Source of the DNA: Octopus sinensis | Lineage: Eukaryota | DNA: 64,000 nt | Assembly (NCBI RefSeq): GCF_006345805.1 | Contig: NC_043002.1 | Location: forward strand, 95,914,001 to 95,978,000 | Reading direction: 5' to 3' | In this document: positions 1 to 10,890 of the stretch, in pieces | Position numbering within the stretch: the first letter of the stretch is position 1 | How the letters are laid out: each line of letters opens with the position of its first letter | Notes under the pieces: generated by a model | What the model saw: only the letters and a program-made list of their open reading frames with translations | Told to the model about the DNA's origin: nothing | The model's database searches: none | Position numbers and translations under genes: made by a program

Positions 1-185
1 GGCAGTGTGATCAATGGACAATGGCAAAGATAATCACTTAGGGTTTTACTCTTAAAAATGAGGCTTTTCCCCTCTCCATATTTTGAAGAGGTCTCAGGCC
101 AGCAATGTTTGGGGTTTGAAGATACACCATAAGGCTGAACCCTTTATCAGCAAGAATCCCAGAGTAACCCCATAAACCAGCTTAT

Positions 186-199
186 CTATATATATATAT

Positions 200-266
<67 letters not shown>

Positions 267-295
267 TACATACATATACATATACATATATACAT
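186..295. repeat. (TA)n/(GATA)n/(TACA)n compound microsatellite
   Basis: Direct reading. Confidence 0.95.
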
Positions 296-296
296 G

Positions 297-512
297 CAAG
301 AAGGTGCTGAAAAGTTTCTGGCTTCAAGGATATTGTGAAAGGCTTGGTTTGAGGCCCAACCTTCTGAATTTTTTTACATGGGTTAGAAAAACTGAAGGCC
401 CACTGCAATAAGTGTGTGAACCTGAAGGGGAATATGTTGAGTAAAATCATAATTAACTGATCCTCCTACATTTTCTTTTACCCAAAGCCAGGGACTTTTC
501 AGCACCCCTTCG
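297..512 (+). mobile_element. Mariner-derived MITE, copy 1
   Basis: TIR GGTGCTGAAAAGTTTCTGGCTT / AAGCCAGGGACTTTTCAGCACC; interior encodes a mariner-like C-terminus (LHGLEKLKAHCNKCVNLKG). Related copies at 47475-47690 and 59213-59413. Confidence 0.78.
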
Positions 513-539
513 TGTGTGTGTGCGTGTATATATATATAT

Positions 540-573
<34 letters not shown>

Positions 574-631
574 AGTACGTTTATATATTTGTTGTGCAAG
601 ATTTTTTATGTGAAGTCGTGTGTTGAAACAG

Positions 632-764
632 ATATTGTTATATTTCGGAATGGTCATTTTGCCAGTTTAGCCAATAACACTGAAGCAAAATAACACCAAA
701 TATGTAGTGCATGTGTTTTTATTGGCTAAACTGGCAAAATGACCATTCCGAAATATAACAATAT
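632..764. repeat. Perfect inverted repeat, 46-bp arms, 41-nt spacer
   Basis: 632-677 is the exact reverse complement of 719-764. Confidence 0.95.
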
Positions 765-784
765 AAAAATATATATATATATAT

Positions 785-1047
785 ATTATATAAAAGGGCT
801 TAGTAAAATAAATTACTTTGCCACATACTGAACTCATTAGAAATAGTAGCTAAAAAAACTTTTTTAAAACTATTTCTAATACTTAAAGAAAATCTCTCTC
901 ATATAGTGTTTGCTCAATTCAAACACTATATGAGAGAGATTTTCTTTAAGTATTAGAAATAGTTTTAAAAAAGTTTTTTTAGCTACTATTTCTAATGAGT
1001 TCAGTATGTGGCAAAGTAATTTATTTTACTAAGCCCTTTTATATAAT
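785..1047. repeat. Perfect inverted repeat, 128-bp arms, 7-nt loop
   Basis: 785-912 is the exact reverse complement of 920-1047, including homopolymer lengths; loop CTCAATT. Confidence 0.95.
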
Positions 1048-1140
1048 GTAATAATTTGAATTTGCCTTAAATGGTCCCTTTACATACTGAATACTTGGTG
1101 AAATTGATTAATAATTAATTAATTTTACCCTCAATTGTTG

Positions 1141-1181
<41 letters not shown>

Positions 1182-1508
1182 TATTCAGATAGAGGTTATA
1201 AAAAGGTTAAACGTAAGTGCTTACACACTAGATAAAATGGTTAGTAACATCCTCATAATACACTTAAAAAACTATTAAGTAATTCTCATAGACTTGATGG
1301 GTGAGGAAATTGAAAGACTGATAATTTCAAAAATAAATACTCATAGTGGTATTTGTTGAACCTCAGTTGCCTAGACATTCCTTTGTCACTCCCAATAATC
1401 TGAAATGAAATCAATTTTGGTAGCGTTCCAACTATGCACATAGAAACCATTTGTATTTTTAAGCAATACAACAGCTATAACTAAAAATACATTTCAGTCT
1501 TCTTTATG

Positions 1509-1885
1509 GTCCCAGCAGACAAAATGGAAAAAGTGGTGCCCCAGAGTACAGTGAAGGTGATGTTCTGGAACAGCCACTCCAACTCTCAGGGCTTGCACTT
1601 GCAGATAGCCATCTCCAGCTCAATAGCAATGAGTAATGGGTACAGTCTGAGAACCAAGAATGTTGAAGGTTTCCACTGCCACAGGTACATCCTCAAATCT
1701 GTCAAAGAGCATCTGATACTTTGATAGTTTTCCCCTCTTGGCCTGATGAGCAGCAAAGCCTGGGCTGGCAGCAGAACATACCAGGTTGCTACTGGAGGTG
1801 TTGCAGCAAGCAGAATCTCAGATAAGGGACCTTGTCTGGGATGCCACAAGAAAACTGTCCTGCTGTCTGGCTTGAGCTGGGAAGA
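1509..1885 (-). mobile_element. Degenerate C-terminus of a CRE/R2-group non-LTR retrotransposon (restriction-like endonuclease)
   Basis: Across frameshifts: KPDSRTVF / LI*DSACCNTSSSNLVCSAASPGFAAHQAKRGKLSKYQMLFDRFEDVPVAVETFNILG / P*ELEWLFQNITFTVLWGTTFSILSAG. This follows the RLE pattern RPD..WD.TC..AA..AE..K..KY..P.A.ET.G..PRE..WL.QR...RGNA.SIL. Confidence 0.7.
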
Positions 1886-1998
1886 GAAGCCTGCAGTATC
1901 ACTTATTGACCTCTTGTAAATTTGTAACCAACAACACTGCTATTCCCTAAACACAAAATAAATAAATAAATAAATAAATAAATAAAGTGAATGAATAC

Positions 1999-2292
1999 CT
2001 GGAATTTATGAACAGGAAGTACATCAAAGAACTCATGTGCAATGTAACAAGTAAAAGTAGAAGGAACGTCTTCTAATTTGTAATACCAATTCACAGGAAT
2101 ATTGAATTTACTTATGCCATGATTATATGCTAAAGAATTGTTACTGTCCAATTTTGGTGTAGCTTTATTGGCAGAATCAGACGGCTGATGTGGCCCAACC
2201 AATTTCTCATATTGTAAACTACTCATTTTACTGCTAACTTCAACCAAGTTCAGAGTAACTACATCCTTCATTTGTGGAAACTGACGAAATAC
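1999..2292 (-). CDS. NDUFAF7: NDUFAF7 coding exon 5 (VFRQFPQ...LNLVEVSSKMSSLQ...WYYKLEDVPSTFTCYIAHEFFDVLPVHKFQ); gene continues off the left edge
   Basis: TTTTCCAG acceptor, CAG|GTATTC donor, 294 nt = 98 codons. LVEVS and AHEFFDVLPVHKFQ motifs match NDUFAF7. I found no following exon (human KTPQGWREV...) in 1-1998. Confidence 0.96.
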
Positions 2293-3043
2293 CTGGAAAA
2301 TAAACATGAAATATTACTTTAAAAATAAATAAGAAAAAAATTTGTAAAACACAAAGACAAAAATAACAGAAAATATATAAAGAAAAGCAAGCAAAAGAAA
2401 AAAGTTAAGAAAAATAAAGTGAAGTTTGACTTTGAAAGAAAATATGAAAATGAGAAAGAAACCCATTGTTACTTCCAGAACCTCCACTTTATAGCCATTC
2501 TAGCTACTTTAATTTCATTCGACCACTTGTGCCATTTAGTGTACATGTGTGTACATATGAGAGAGAGAGAGAGATGAATATAGAGGGTGAAACTGAGATT
2601 GTACAGAGAGAGAGAGAGAGAGAAAGAGGGATAGAGAGGAATAGGGAGAGTATGTATGCATATGAGACTTGTAAAAAAAAATCTGTTTTAACCTTATCAT
2701 TACTATATTTCTGGTGATATACACTGCTCTTTTTTCAATTAATTTTGAAAATAAAAAAAAAAAATTATTAAAATAACTTTGACATTATTCAACTAGAAAC
2801 ATAAATTAACATGAAATTTTAATGGAAATTTTAATTTAGATTACTTTAAAATGGGAAGTTTGTACCATAGGACCAAGAGCAGTTTCAGGCAGGTTGGTAT
2901 CTAAAGGGTTAATGCTAGTTTAGAAAAAATATAGAAAACTATTACAACAAAATTTTGAATATGTTTTTCAAAATACTGAAGAGTTTAGTAATGATTTTCT
3001 GAAAGCTTAAATTATTTTTGAGCCTACCATGCAGTGTTCTCAC

Positions 3044-3842
3044 CAGTATTTCTCAACTGGGGATTCCCGGAACCCTAGGGCTCCGCAAAAGGTTCCTAGG
3101 GGTTCCGCAGGAAAGAGTGAGATAAGCTAATGCTAATTTCATGATTGTAATATTACTATACATGCACAACATATGGATCTTTTTGGTTTGAGCGGCAGTT
3201 TTTAACATAATTTCTAGGTAACTAAAAAATTTTAAACTTCGTATACTGGTAGAATGTGTTTATAAAACATCTTTTTCTCTTGGCTTTATTGAGAAAATTC
3301 TATAGTTTGTAAGTTATTTGTTTTTTTTCTTCAATTTCAGCAATTTCAACCAATCAATGACGTGTATTGAGGTAAAAAATATTCTGTGCCGTATGAATAT
3401 GTCCCTCGTTTAAGAAACAGATTGGGTTTATTTATATTCGTGAAGAAAAAAAGATAGCCTTCCCCCCACCTCTAACCCTAACCCTAACTAACCCAAACCC
3501 TAAAACAGATTGAAATGCAATAGATCGATACTAGGGTCATAATTATGGGTGACAATTTCATATGACACCGCTAGAAAAAACTGCCATTCAAACCGAAAAG
3601 ATCCAACATATTATTGATTATTATAATATTGCAATATAGACATCATCCTATCTAACCTATTATGTTATCAAAAATATATAACAACCATTAGGGATATATT
3701 AAATGATTTCTGAAATTTATGGACACCCTATATATATATATATATATATATAGGGTGTCCATAAATTATATATATAGGGTGTCCTTGAGGCATATAATTT
3801 ATTTTAAGGGTTACACAAGGGCAAAACGGTTGAGAAACACTG
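3044..3842. mobile_element. hAT (Charlie-like) MITE hosting the nested 3175-3604 element
   Basis: TIRs CAGTATTTCTCAAC / GTTGAGAAACACTG; 8-bp flanks GTTCTCAC / TTTCCCAC (6 of 8). Confidence 0.7.
3175..3604 (+). mobile_element. Non-autonomous TIR element (GGATCTTTT... termini) with internal TAACCC repeats, copy 1
   Basis: About 29-bp imperfect TIRs GGATCTTTTTGGTTTGAGCGGCAGTTTTT / AAAAACTGCCATTCAAACCGAAAAGATCC, flanked by duplicated AACATAT; highly similar to 10003-10408. Confidence 0.88.
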
Positions 3843-4179
3843 TTTCCCACTATAACAGGAATCAGTTAAACCTCATCTCTGCCAAATCCTCAGTAAAGCT
3901 GTAATGAACAACACATTTAAAAAAAGAAGGTGCAACTGGTTCTGTCCATTAGTTTGCCTAAGTCATGAGCTGTATATTCAACTTTTTAATTTTTGGCCAG
4001 AAGGCCATATGGAGGTTAAAAGCTCTCTGGTCTGAGAGGGTTAAAAACTCACAAACTGCAATCTTCGAAAACCACTGTGGTAAGGTATGGTTTGAGAGAA
4101 ATTAGGCTGCTACTATTTCTAGTAGATTGGGTAACCACAGAAAAGCTCCTCCTTATACTCATGTTGTAATTAACAGATG

Positions 4180-4564
4180 GTGGAGGCGCAATGGCCCAGT
4201 GGTTAGGGCAGCGGACTCGCGGTCATAAGATCGCGGTTTCGATTCCCAGACCGGGCGTTGTGAGTGTTTATTGAGCGAAAACACCTAAAACTCCATGAGG
4301 CTCTGGCAGGGATGGTGGTGATCCCTGCTGTACTCTTTCACCACAACTTTCTCTCACTCTTACTTCCTGTTTCTGTTGTACCTGTATTTCAAGGGGCTGG
4401 CCTTGTCACTCTCTGTGTCACGCTGAATATCCCCGAGAACTACGTTAAGGGTACACGTGTCTGTGGAGTGCTCAGCCACTTACACGTTAATTTCACAAGC
4501 AGGCTGTTCCGTTGATTCGGATCAACCGGAACCCTCATCGTTGTAACCGATGGAGTGCTTCCAC
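4180..4564 (+). mobile_element. tRNA-derived SINE, head A + tail 1, 12-bp TSD
   Basis: A box TGGCCCAGTGG, B box GTTTCGATTCC; TSD AATTAACAGATG at 4168-4179 and 4565-4576. Same type on the minus strand at about 20930-21312 and 40868-41214. Confidence 0.88.
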
Positions 4565-4831
4565 AATTAACAGATGAGATTATGAAGGAATTAAGCTGCA
4601 TGGAGGAAGAGTATTGTAAACTTCACCAACATGGAAATGTGGGTACAAGATTAACAAGCCAAACCAACATGGAATTCTCCATGCTAGAAATAGTAGAAAA
4701 TCTCCCTCAAATCCTAGATACACATATCCCTTGGATTTAGGGCTAACCCAGGATTAAACAATGATAGCATCATCATTATCATCACAATCAACAACATCAG
4801 CATTATTGTAAGCAACAACAATAATGCATAA

Positions 4832-5230
4832 GGCGGCAAGCTGGCAGAAACGTTAGCATGCCAGGTGAAATGCTTAGTGGTATTTCGTCTGCCACTACGT
4901 TCTGAGTTCAAATTCCGCAGAGGTCGACTTTGCCTTTCATTCTTTTGGGGTCGATTAAATAAGTACCAGTTACACACTGGGGGTCAATGTAATCGACTTA
5001 ATCCGTGTGTCTGTCCTTGTTTGTCCCCTCTGTGTCTAGCCCCTTGTGGGTAGTAAAGAAATAGGTATTTCGTCTGCCGTTACGTTCTGAGTTCAAATTC
5101 CGCCAAGGTCAACTTTGCCTTTCATCCTTTCGGGGGTCAATAAATTAAGCACCAGTTGCATATTGGGGTCGATCTAATCGACTGGCTCCCTACCCCAAAA
5201 TGTCGGGCCTTGTGCCTAGAGTAGAAAAGA
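4832..5230 (+). mobile_element. tRNA-derived SINE family B, partial tandem dimer
   Basis: GGCAAGCTGGCAGAAACGTTAGC...GAGTTCAAATTCC head; CTTTGCCTTTCATCCTTTCGGGGTC(G)ATAAATTAAG centre. Other copies at about 49848-50075, 51650-51845, 53698-53930, 54120-54310 (minus), 59565-59700 (minus). Confidence 0.8.
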
Positions 5231-5804
5231 ACAATAATGCATAGTTCATTTGAAAAGAAAGCTGATATTTCAAAAGATTTTTTTTTTATCTAAAATACTT
5301 CCTTTCAGGGATGGGGGGGGGGAGTTTAAATTCCAGACTTTACTGGCACATTTGAATAACAGCTTCCAAAACTGGTGGAGACAAGGAGGGGTACATAAAT
5401 GACGGTGACAAAAATATTATTTCGTCATTTACTCTTATGCTTTTTTTTTCCCCCATGCTTACTAATGTTTATGCTGTCTCTTCCTTACAAACAGACACAG
5501 GCTTATGTACATACATACCTATGCATACATGACTCACAGTCGCTGCCAGTTACTATCTCAATGTCTTATGCACCTTTTGTCACGTACACCTGTCATCTGA
5601 TTGCCACTGAGTGCTTACATGCTAATAGTCACACAGACATTTTTCTAGCTGATAATACACATGGACTCATGGCAAATATGTAAATTTTATTACGGCCTAC
5701 AGCCTTTTCATTTAACATCATCACCATCATCAACATCATGACAATGATATTCATTGTATGATGAGGCTGCTCTTTCACAACTGTCTCATGGCATCAGGAC
5801 AAAA

Positions 5805-6018
5805 ACAAACACACACATATATCTGTATACATTCATTGTCATATATACATACATACATACATACATACATACATACATACATGCATGCATGCATGCATGC
5901 ATGCATACATACATACATACATACATACATACATACATGCATGCATACACATACATATGTGTGTGTGTGTGGATGTACATATATATGTATATATATATAT
6001 ATACATCCACACACACAT

Positions 6019-6107
<89 letters not shown>

Positions 6108-6120
6108 TATATATATATAC
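5805..6120. repeat. Compound microsatellite (TACA)n-(CATG)n-(TACA)n-(TG)n-(TA)n-(CA)n-(TA)n
   Basis: Direct reading; source of the stacked spurious ORFs at 5754-6314. Confidence 0.95.
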
Positions 6121-6743
6121 TTTATTTTAAGCAGCAGAAAATTCAACAAAATTCTGAGTTTCTCGTTGCCGTTCATCAGACAGTTTTTGCTAGAAAAACT
6201 GTCTGATGTCTTTTGTTTTCTGTAAATTTGAACAACTATATATGTATATATATGTGTGTGTGTGTGAGTGTGTATGTATGTATATAATTTAGAGATAAAA
6301 CCCCTATTAAGCAATTCAATGGTGAAAGACGTTATTCACACCATAAAGAAAAAAATTGAATATACTATAAAAAACATTATTCTAAAAATCAATAAAGTAC
6401 ATAAACAATAATATATATATGTACACATATATATATGTACATATATATATATAAATGTAAGATCCATGGATTGAAGTGTAGGAAGAAAGTTAGCTTCAAG
6501 TAATCCATATAGTAAGTATAACAAAACAACGTTCAGGGCCAATAGTGGCCTATGAGACGGAAGGTTGTGGATTTTTTTTCTTATCAAAGTATAAGCTGAA
6601 AAAAGTTCTTTTCATATTTCATAGTAGGCAACCTGGGTTATCAGGTGTGTGAATAAGCATACATGAGCTATGGAATGAAGTAGACGGATCTTATCTACTC
6701 CATTCTGTAACTCCTCTATGTGTATGTATACATATATATATAT

Positions 6744-7305
6744 ATCATCATCATCATCATCATCATCATTTAACGTCCGTTTTCCGTGCTAGCACGGGTT
6801 GGACGGTTCGACCGGGGTCTGGGAAGCCAGGGCTGCACCAGGCTCCAGTCTGATCTGGCAGTTTCTACAGCTGGATGCCCTTCCTAATGCCAACCACTCC
6901 GTGAGTGTAGTGGGTGCTTTTTACGTGCCACCTGCACAGGTGCCAGGGGGGTGTGGAACTGGCCACGATCGGTTGGTGCTTTTAACGTGCCACCGGCACG
7001 GAAGCCAGCCAAGGTGGCGCTGGTATCGGCCACGTTCGGATGGTGCTTTTTATGTGCCACCAGCACAGAAGCCAGTTGAGGCGGCGCTGGTAACGGCCAC
7101 GTTCGGATGCTGCTTTTTATGTGCCACCAACACAGGTATCACAACTACTATTTCCATTGATATTTGTTTCGCTGTTCGTGTACATGCACTTGACTCAACA
7201 GGTCTCCTCAAGCACAGCAAGACATTCCGGGATCCAAGGTACTTTGAATGGGCAGGGGCTATGCGGAACTGGAGCCGGAAGCATCCCGGTTCTTTGTAGT
7301 CACAG
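6744..7305 (-). mobile_element. RTE LINE 3' UTR copy with internal 60-66 bp tandem units and (GAT)n tail
   Basis: Reverse complement of ...GGAAAACGGACGTTAAATGATGATG; four TGCTTTT(T)AYGTGCCACC units. More than 12 related copies in the window, e.g. 7990-8200, 12320-12600, 16735-17020, 19810-20210, 43900-44270, 46930-47200, 57845-58097, 61268-61583. Confidence 0.8.
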
Positions 7306-7518
7306 CATATATATATATATATATATAGGGAGAGTTTACGAAAAAAAACAAAAGATGAAGACAGGTGGTGTACAAAACAAACAGATGTATTAGTATAATG
7401 CTCAGGAATAGAAAAAGTCTTTTACATTTTGAGCCTACGCTCTTCTACAGAAAGGGACACAGAAAAAGAAAAAGGAGAGAAAAAAGGAGAGAAAAGAGAG
7501 AAGAAAAGGAGAGAAAAA

Positions 7519-7563
<45 letters not shown>

Positions 7564-7612
7564 TCACACACATATACATATTATATGTGTGTGTATGTGT
7601 GTGTGCGTACAT

Positions 7613-7643
<31 letters not shown>

Positions 7644-7943
7644 GCATCATATATATATATGCATTAATGTTTGTTTTTATATTCAGTTATAATAAAAACA
7701 ATTTTACATTAATCTGATGGGTTACTCTGTACTTTTGTAGAGTACAAATTTATTATTCTTATACAAAAGAATGTTCTTAATTGTGACTTAGGAGTTTTGA
7801 CCATCTAAGACAGTCCGACGATGGGTTAGCTGGCCAAATCTTCAAAGTCACTGTCAAGAATATTCCTGCATAAGAATAATATGTGTGTGTGTGTGTGTGT
7901 GTGTGCGTGTATATATATATATATATATATATAAACAGACATA

Positions 7944-7989
<46 letters not shown>

Positions 7990-9844
7990 CGCCGCCCCGA
8001 CTGGCCTCGTGCCGGTGGCATGTAAAAAGCACCCACTACACTCACGGAGTGGTTGGCGTTAGGAAGGGCATCCAGCTGTAGAAACTCTGCCAGATCTGAC
8101 TGGGCCTGATGAAGCCTTCTGGCTTCACAGGCCCCAGTTGAACCGTCCAACCCATGCTAGCATGGAAAACGGACGCTAAACGATGATGATGATGATGATG
8201 ATATATATATATATATATATATAAAATAGATCAGGATTCAAGTGAATCAGAGAGAATATAAGGCTCCTGGTCGGGTCAAAAGGTAAAATGTGTACACAAT
8301 AAAAAAAAGAGGAATATGTATGAGGGTACCAAGGTACAAGTAGAAATATATTCAGTTTATGTATGCTATTAACTGTACCCAACTGAGTATATCAACAGCC
8401 CTGAGGCTAATCAAGAAATAAACCCTGTTCTAAATATACAGTCCATAATATACTTCAGATTTACACATGCCACCGGTTCCAAGAAAGTTGAATAATCTCC
8501 TAATATAATAATGAGATATATATATATATAAATATATAATGTAATAAATAAAATATATGCATACATACAAACATATATGTATGTACCGACATCTACATGT
8601 ATATATACATGCATATATGAATATATATACGTACAGGACATCACAGGAAGACGAAAAAATCAACAGAACGAAAACGGAAAAGACATTTTGTTACAACAGA
8701 AGGACAGAGACGTGGAACAAGACGAAACGAAAACGAAAATGGGAAAAACAATTAAGTGCAGCAGAAAAACGAAGTACAGGACATGCTGCACAAGAAAAAA
8801 TCCCCTTCATCAGCTGTCGCTAGCAGACACGTGTTTCAAAGGCAGAGACAGAACATGTAAGGTCAAGCTAGGCCTTCCTATGAGAGAATTAAAATAAAAT
8901 AAACTCGTAGAGGGGTAAACAAGCAAGAAAAAATGTAACACAAAAGGGACAAATATATATATAAATATATATATTTGTCCAAAATCACACAGTAGGGGTG
9001 AAGGGAGAGGAGATAAAATAGTAATTCAGTGAAGGAGAAGAAGTGAGAGTAATAGCCCTGACTGAGAGGGCATGAGAGAAAGTAATAGTAATGAGAGAGA
9101 GGAAGTGACAAAGAGAGTGTCATGTATCTTTTACTATAATAATACTCTTTTGTATTTCTCCGTCACAACACATGAATGAAAAAGGAAGGGGTGATCCACC
9201 AATGGAAGTGGGATGGTGAAAAGTTAACAGTGGAACAAAAATCAAACAGTGCTTCAACTGTGTGTTAGTATATGTGTGTGCTTGTGAAAGGGGGGAATGT
9301 GAATGTTTGTGTGTGTGTATGTGTGTGTTTGTGTAAAATATATTTATATATTTGAGTGAGTGTATATGTGTTTGTGTAAGTTTATTTAGAAAGATACATA
9401 AAAAATAGAATTACAGACACATGCGCATTTACACATACATATATATAAACAGACACACTTAAAAAGGAACGAAGTGGACTGTGACAAAGTATAGAAAATT
9501 GTGTTTTCTACAGACTGTGCTACTCATACATATAAATTAATACATATGCAGACACACACACACACAGAACTGAAGCCCTGTTTGATGAATTTTTTCACCT
9601 TTTTGTACCATTTTTTATACATAGAATACTACAATTAGCCATCATTTTTTACGCAGAGGATAAATAAATAACAACAGATGAATAATGTATGAATTCAACA
9701 CACCTGTTTCCAATTAATTTTTATTGATTTATAGAGACATTACATCATTAGAAAAAACCATTTTCATCAGGTGAATACAAGAACCACAATATTCAAAATC
9801 ATTCTCCTTTGCTATCATGAGGCTTTTTTGGAGCTGAATTTTCT

Positions 9845-10890
9845 ATGGGTAGCCTGCCCTTGCTTACCCGCAGTGTGGCTTTGATTGAAATAGAAGATCA
9901 AATTATTTCAATGCAAGGTGAACCTATAGAAAATTTAGGTCTCCCACTAACTAATAGAGGGGATCTTAACTGTCTGTGCACTGAAATAATGGGGGAAATT
10001 TCGAATCTTTTTGGTTTGAACAGTAGTTTTTAACATAATTTCTAGGTAACTAAAACATTTTAAACTTCGTATACTGGTAGAATGTGTTTATAAAACATCT
10101 TTTTCTCTTGGCTTTATTGAGAAAATTCTATAGTTTGTAAGATATTTGGTTTTTTTTCTTCAATTTCTGCAATTTCAATCAATCAATGACGTGTATTGAG
10201 GTAAAAAATATTCTGTGCCATATGAATATGTCCCTCGTTTAAGAAACAGATTGGGTTTATTTACATTTGTGAAGAAAAAAAAGATACCCTTCCCCCACTC
10301 CTAACCCTAACCCTAAAAGAGATTGAAATGCAATAGATCAATTCTAGGGTCATAATTATGGGTGACAATTTCATATGACACCGCTAGAAAAAACTGCCGA
10401 AAAGATCCAAAATTTCCTATGATATGGAGGAATGACCATGTACAGAAATGATTATCTTCCCAAGCTTCTACCTGATCAACATCATGCAGATTCCACTGTC
10501 ATAGAAAGTATTAACAATAACACAGGAGGACTTTATTTCCTAGATGCTCCAGGAGATTCTGGGGAAACATTTGTAATTAAACTCCCTCCAGCTAAAGTTT
10601 GTCAAGAAAATAAAATAACTTTAGCTACTGCTACTTCTGGGATTGCAGCAACATTACTATCTGGAGGTTGAACTGCCCATTCAATATTCAAGTCACCTTT
10701 AGATTTATCTAACAGAGAAGATGCAGTTTGTAATATATCTAAAAATTCTGGAATGGGAGAACTAATACAAAGATGTCACTTAATTGTCTGGAACGAATGT
10801 ACCATGGCCCACAAAAAAGCTTTTGAAGCTGTGGACAGGACATTACAAGACATTAGAAATTGTAATTCCATGATGGGAAATGTCAATAAT
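9845..10890 (+). mobile_element. Helitron RepHel relic (PIF1-like helicase motifs I-II), interrupted by a MITE at 10003-10408
   Basis: Translates to YFLDAPGDSGETF (degenerate Walker A), ATSGIAATLLSGG*TAHSIFKSP and LIVWNECTMAHKKAFEAVDRTLQDIR, all typical of Helitron helicases; contains stops. Confidence 0.88.
10003..10408 (+). mobile_element. Same TIR element, copy 2, inserted in the Helitron relic
   Basis: Body matches copy 1; flanks GAAATTTC / AAAATTTC (7 of 8); right TIR partly deleted. Confidence 0.86.

Noticed and set aside
785-1047. Hammerhead core inside the long palindrome arm (CTAATGA...CAAAGTAA...TTACTA)
   Set aside because: G5 and G12 are both missing and helix I does not pair; not distinguishable from chance.
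1286-1400. Possible NDUFAF7 exon 6 after TTTCAG (IIGSDKGMSRQLRF...)
   Set aside because: No similarity to the expected K...WRE..VD...L.F.L segment and no suitable donor; looks like repeat-derived sequence.
3472-3505. TAACCC repeats as a chromosome end or fusion scar
   Set aside because: Only 2-4 units, and they recur at the same position inside a second MITE copy.
4180-4260. tRNA gene calls for SINE heads (also 11613, 12622, 27040, 29028)
   Set aside because: A and B boxes are present, but there is no complete acceptor stem; each continues into a SINE body, several with TSDs.
6905-7135. CRISPR-like repeat-spacer appearance of the 60-66 bp units
   Set aside because: Eukaryotic intron; the 'spacers' are homologous to each other and the array belongs to a multi-copy LINE 3' UTR; no cas genes.
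5754-8663. Many overlapping 60-166 aa ORFs rich in YI/HT/CV
   Set aside because: Translations of (TA)n, (CA)n and (TACA)n microsatellites and RTE 3' UTR copies; no splice or homology support.
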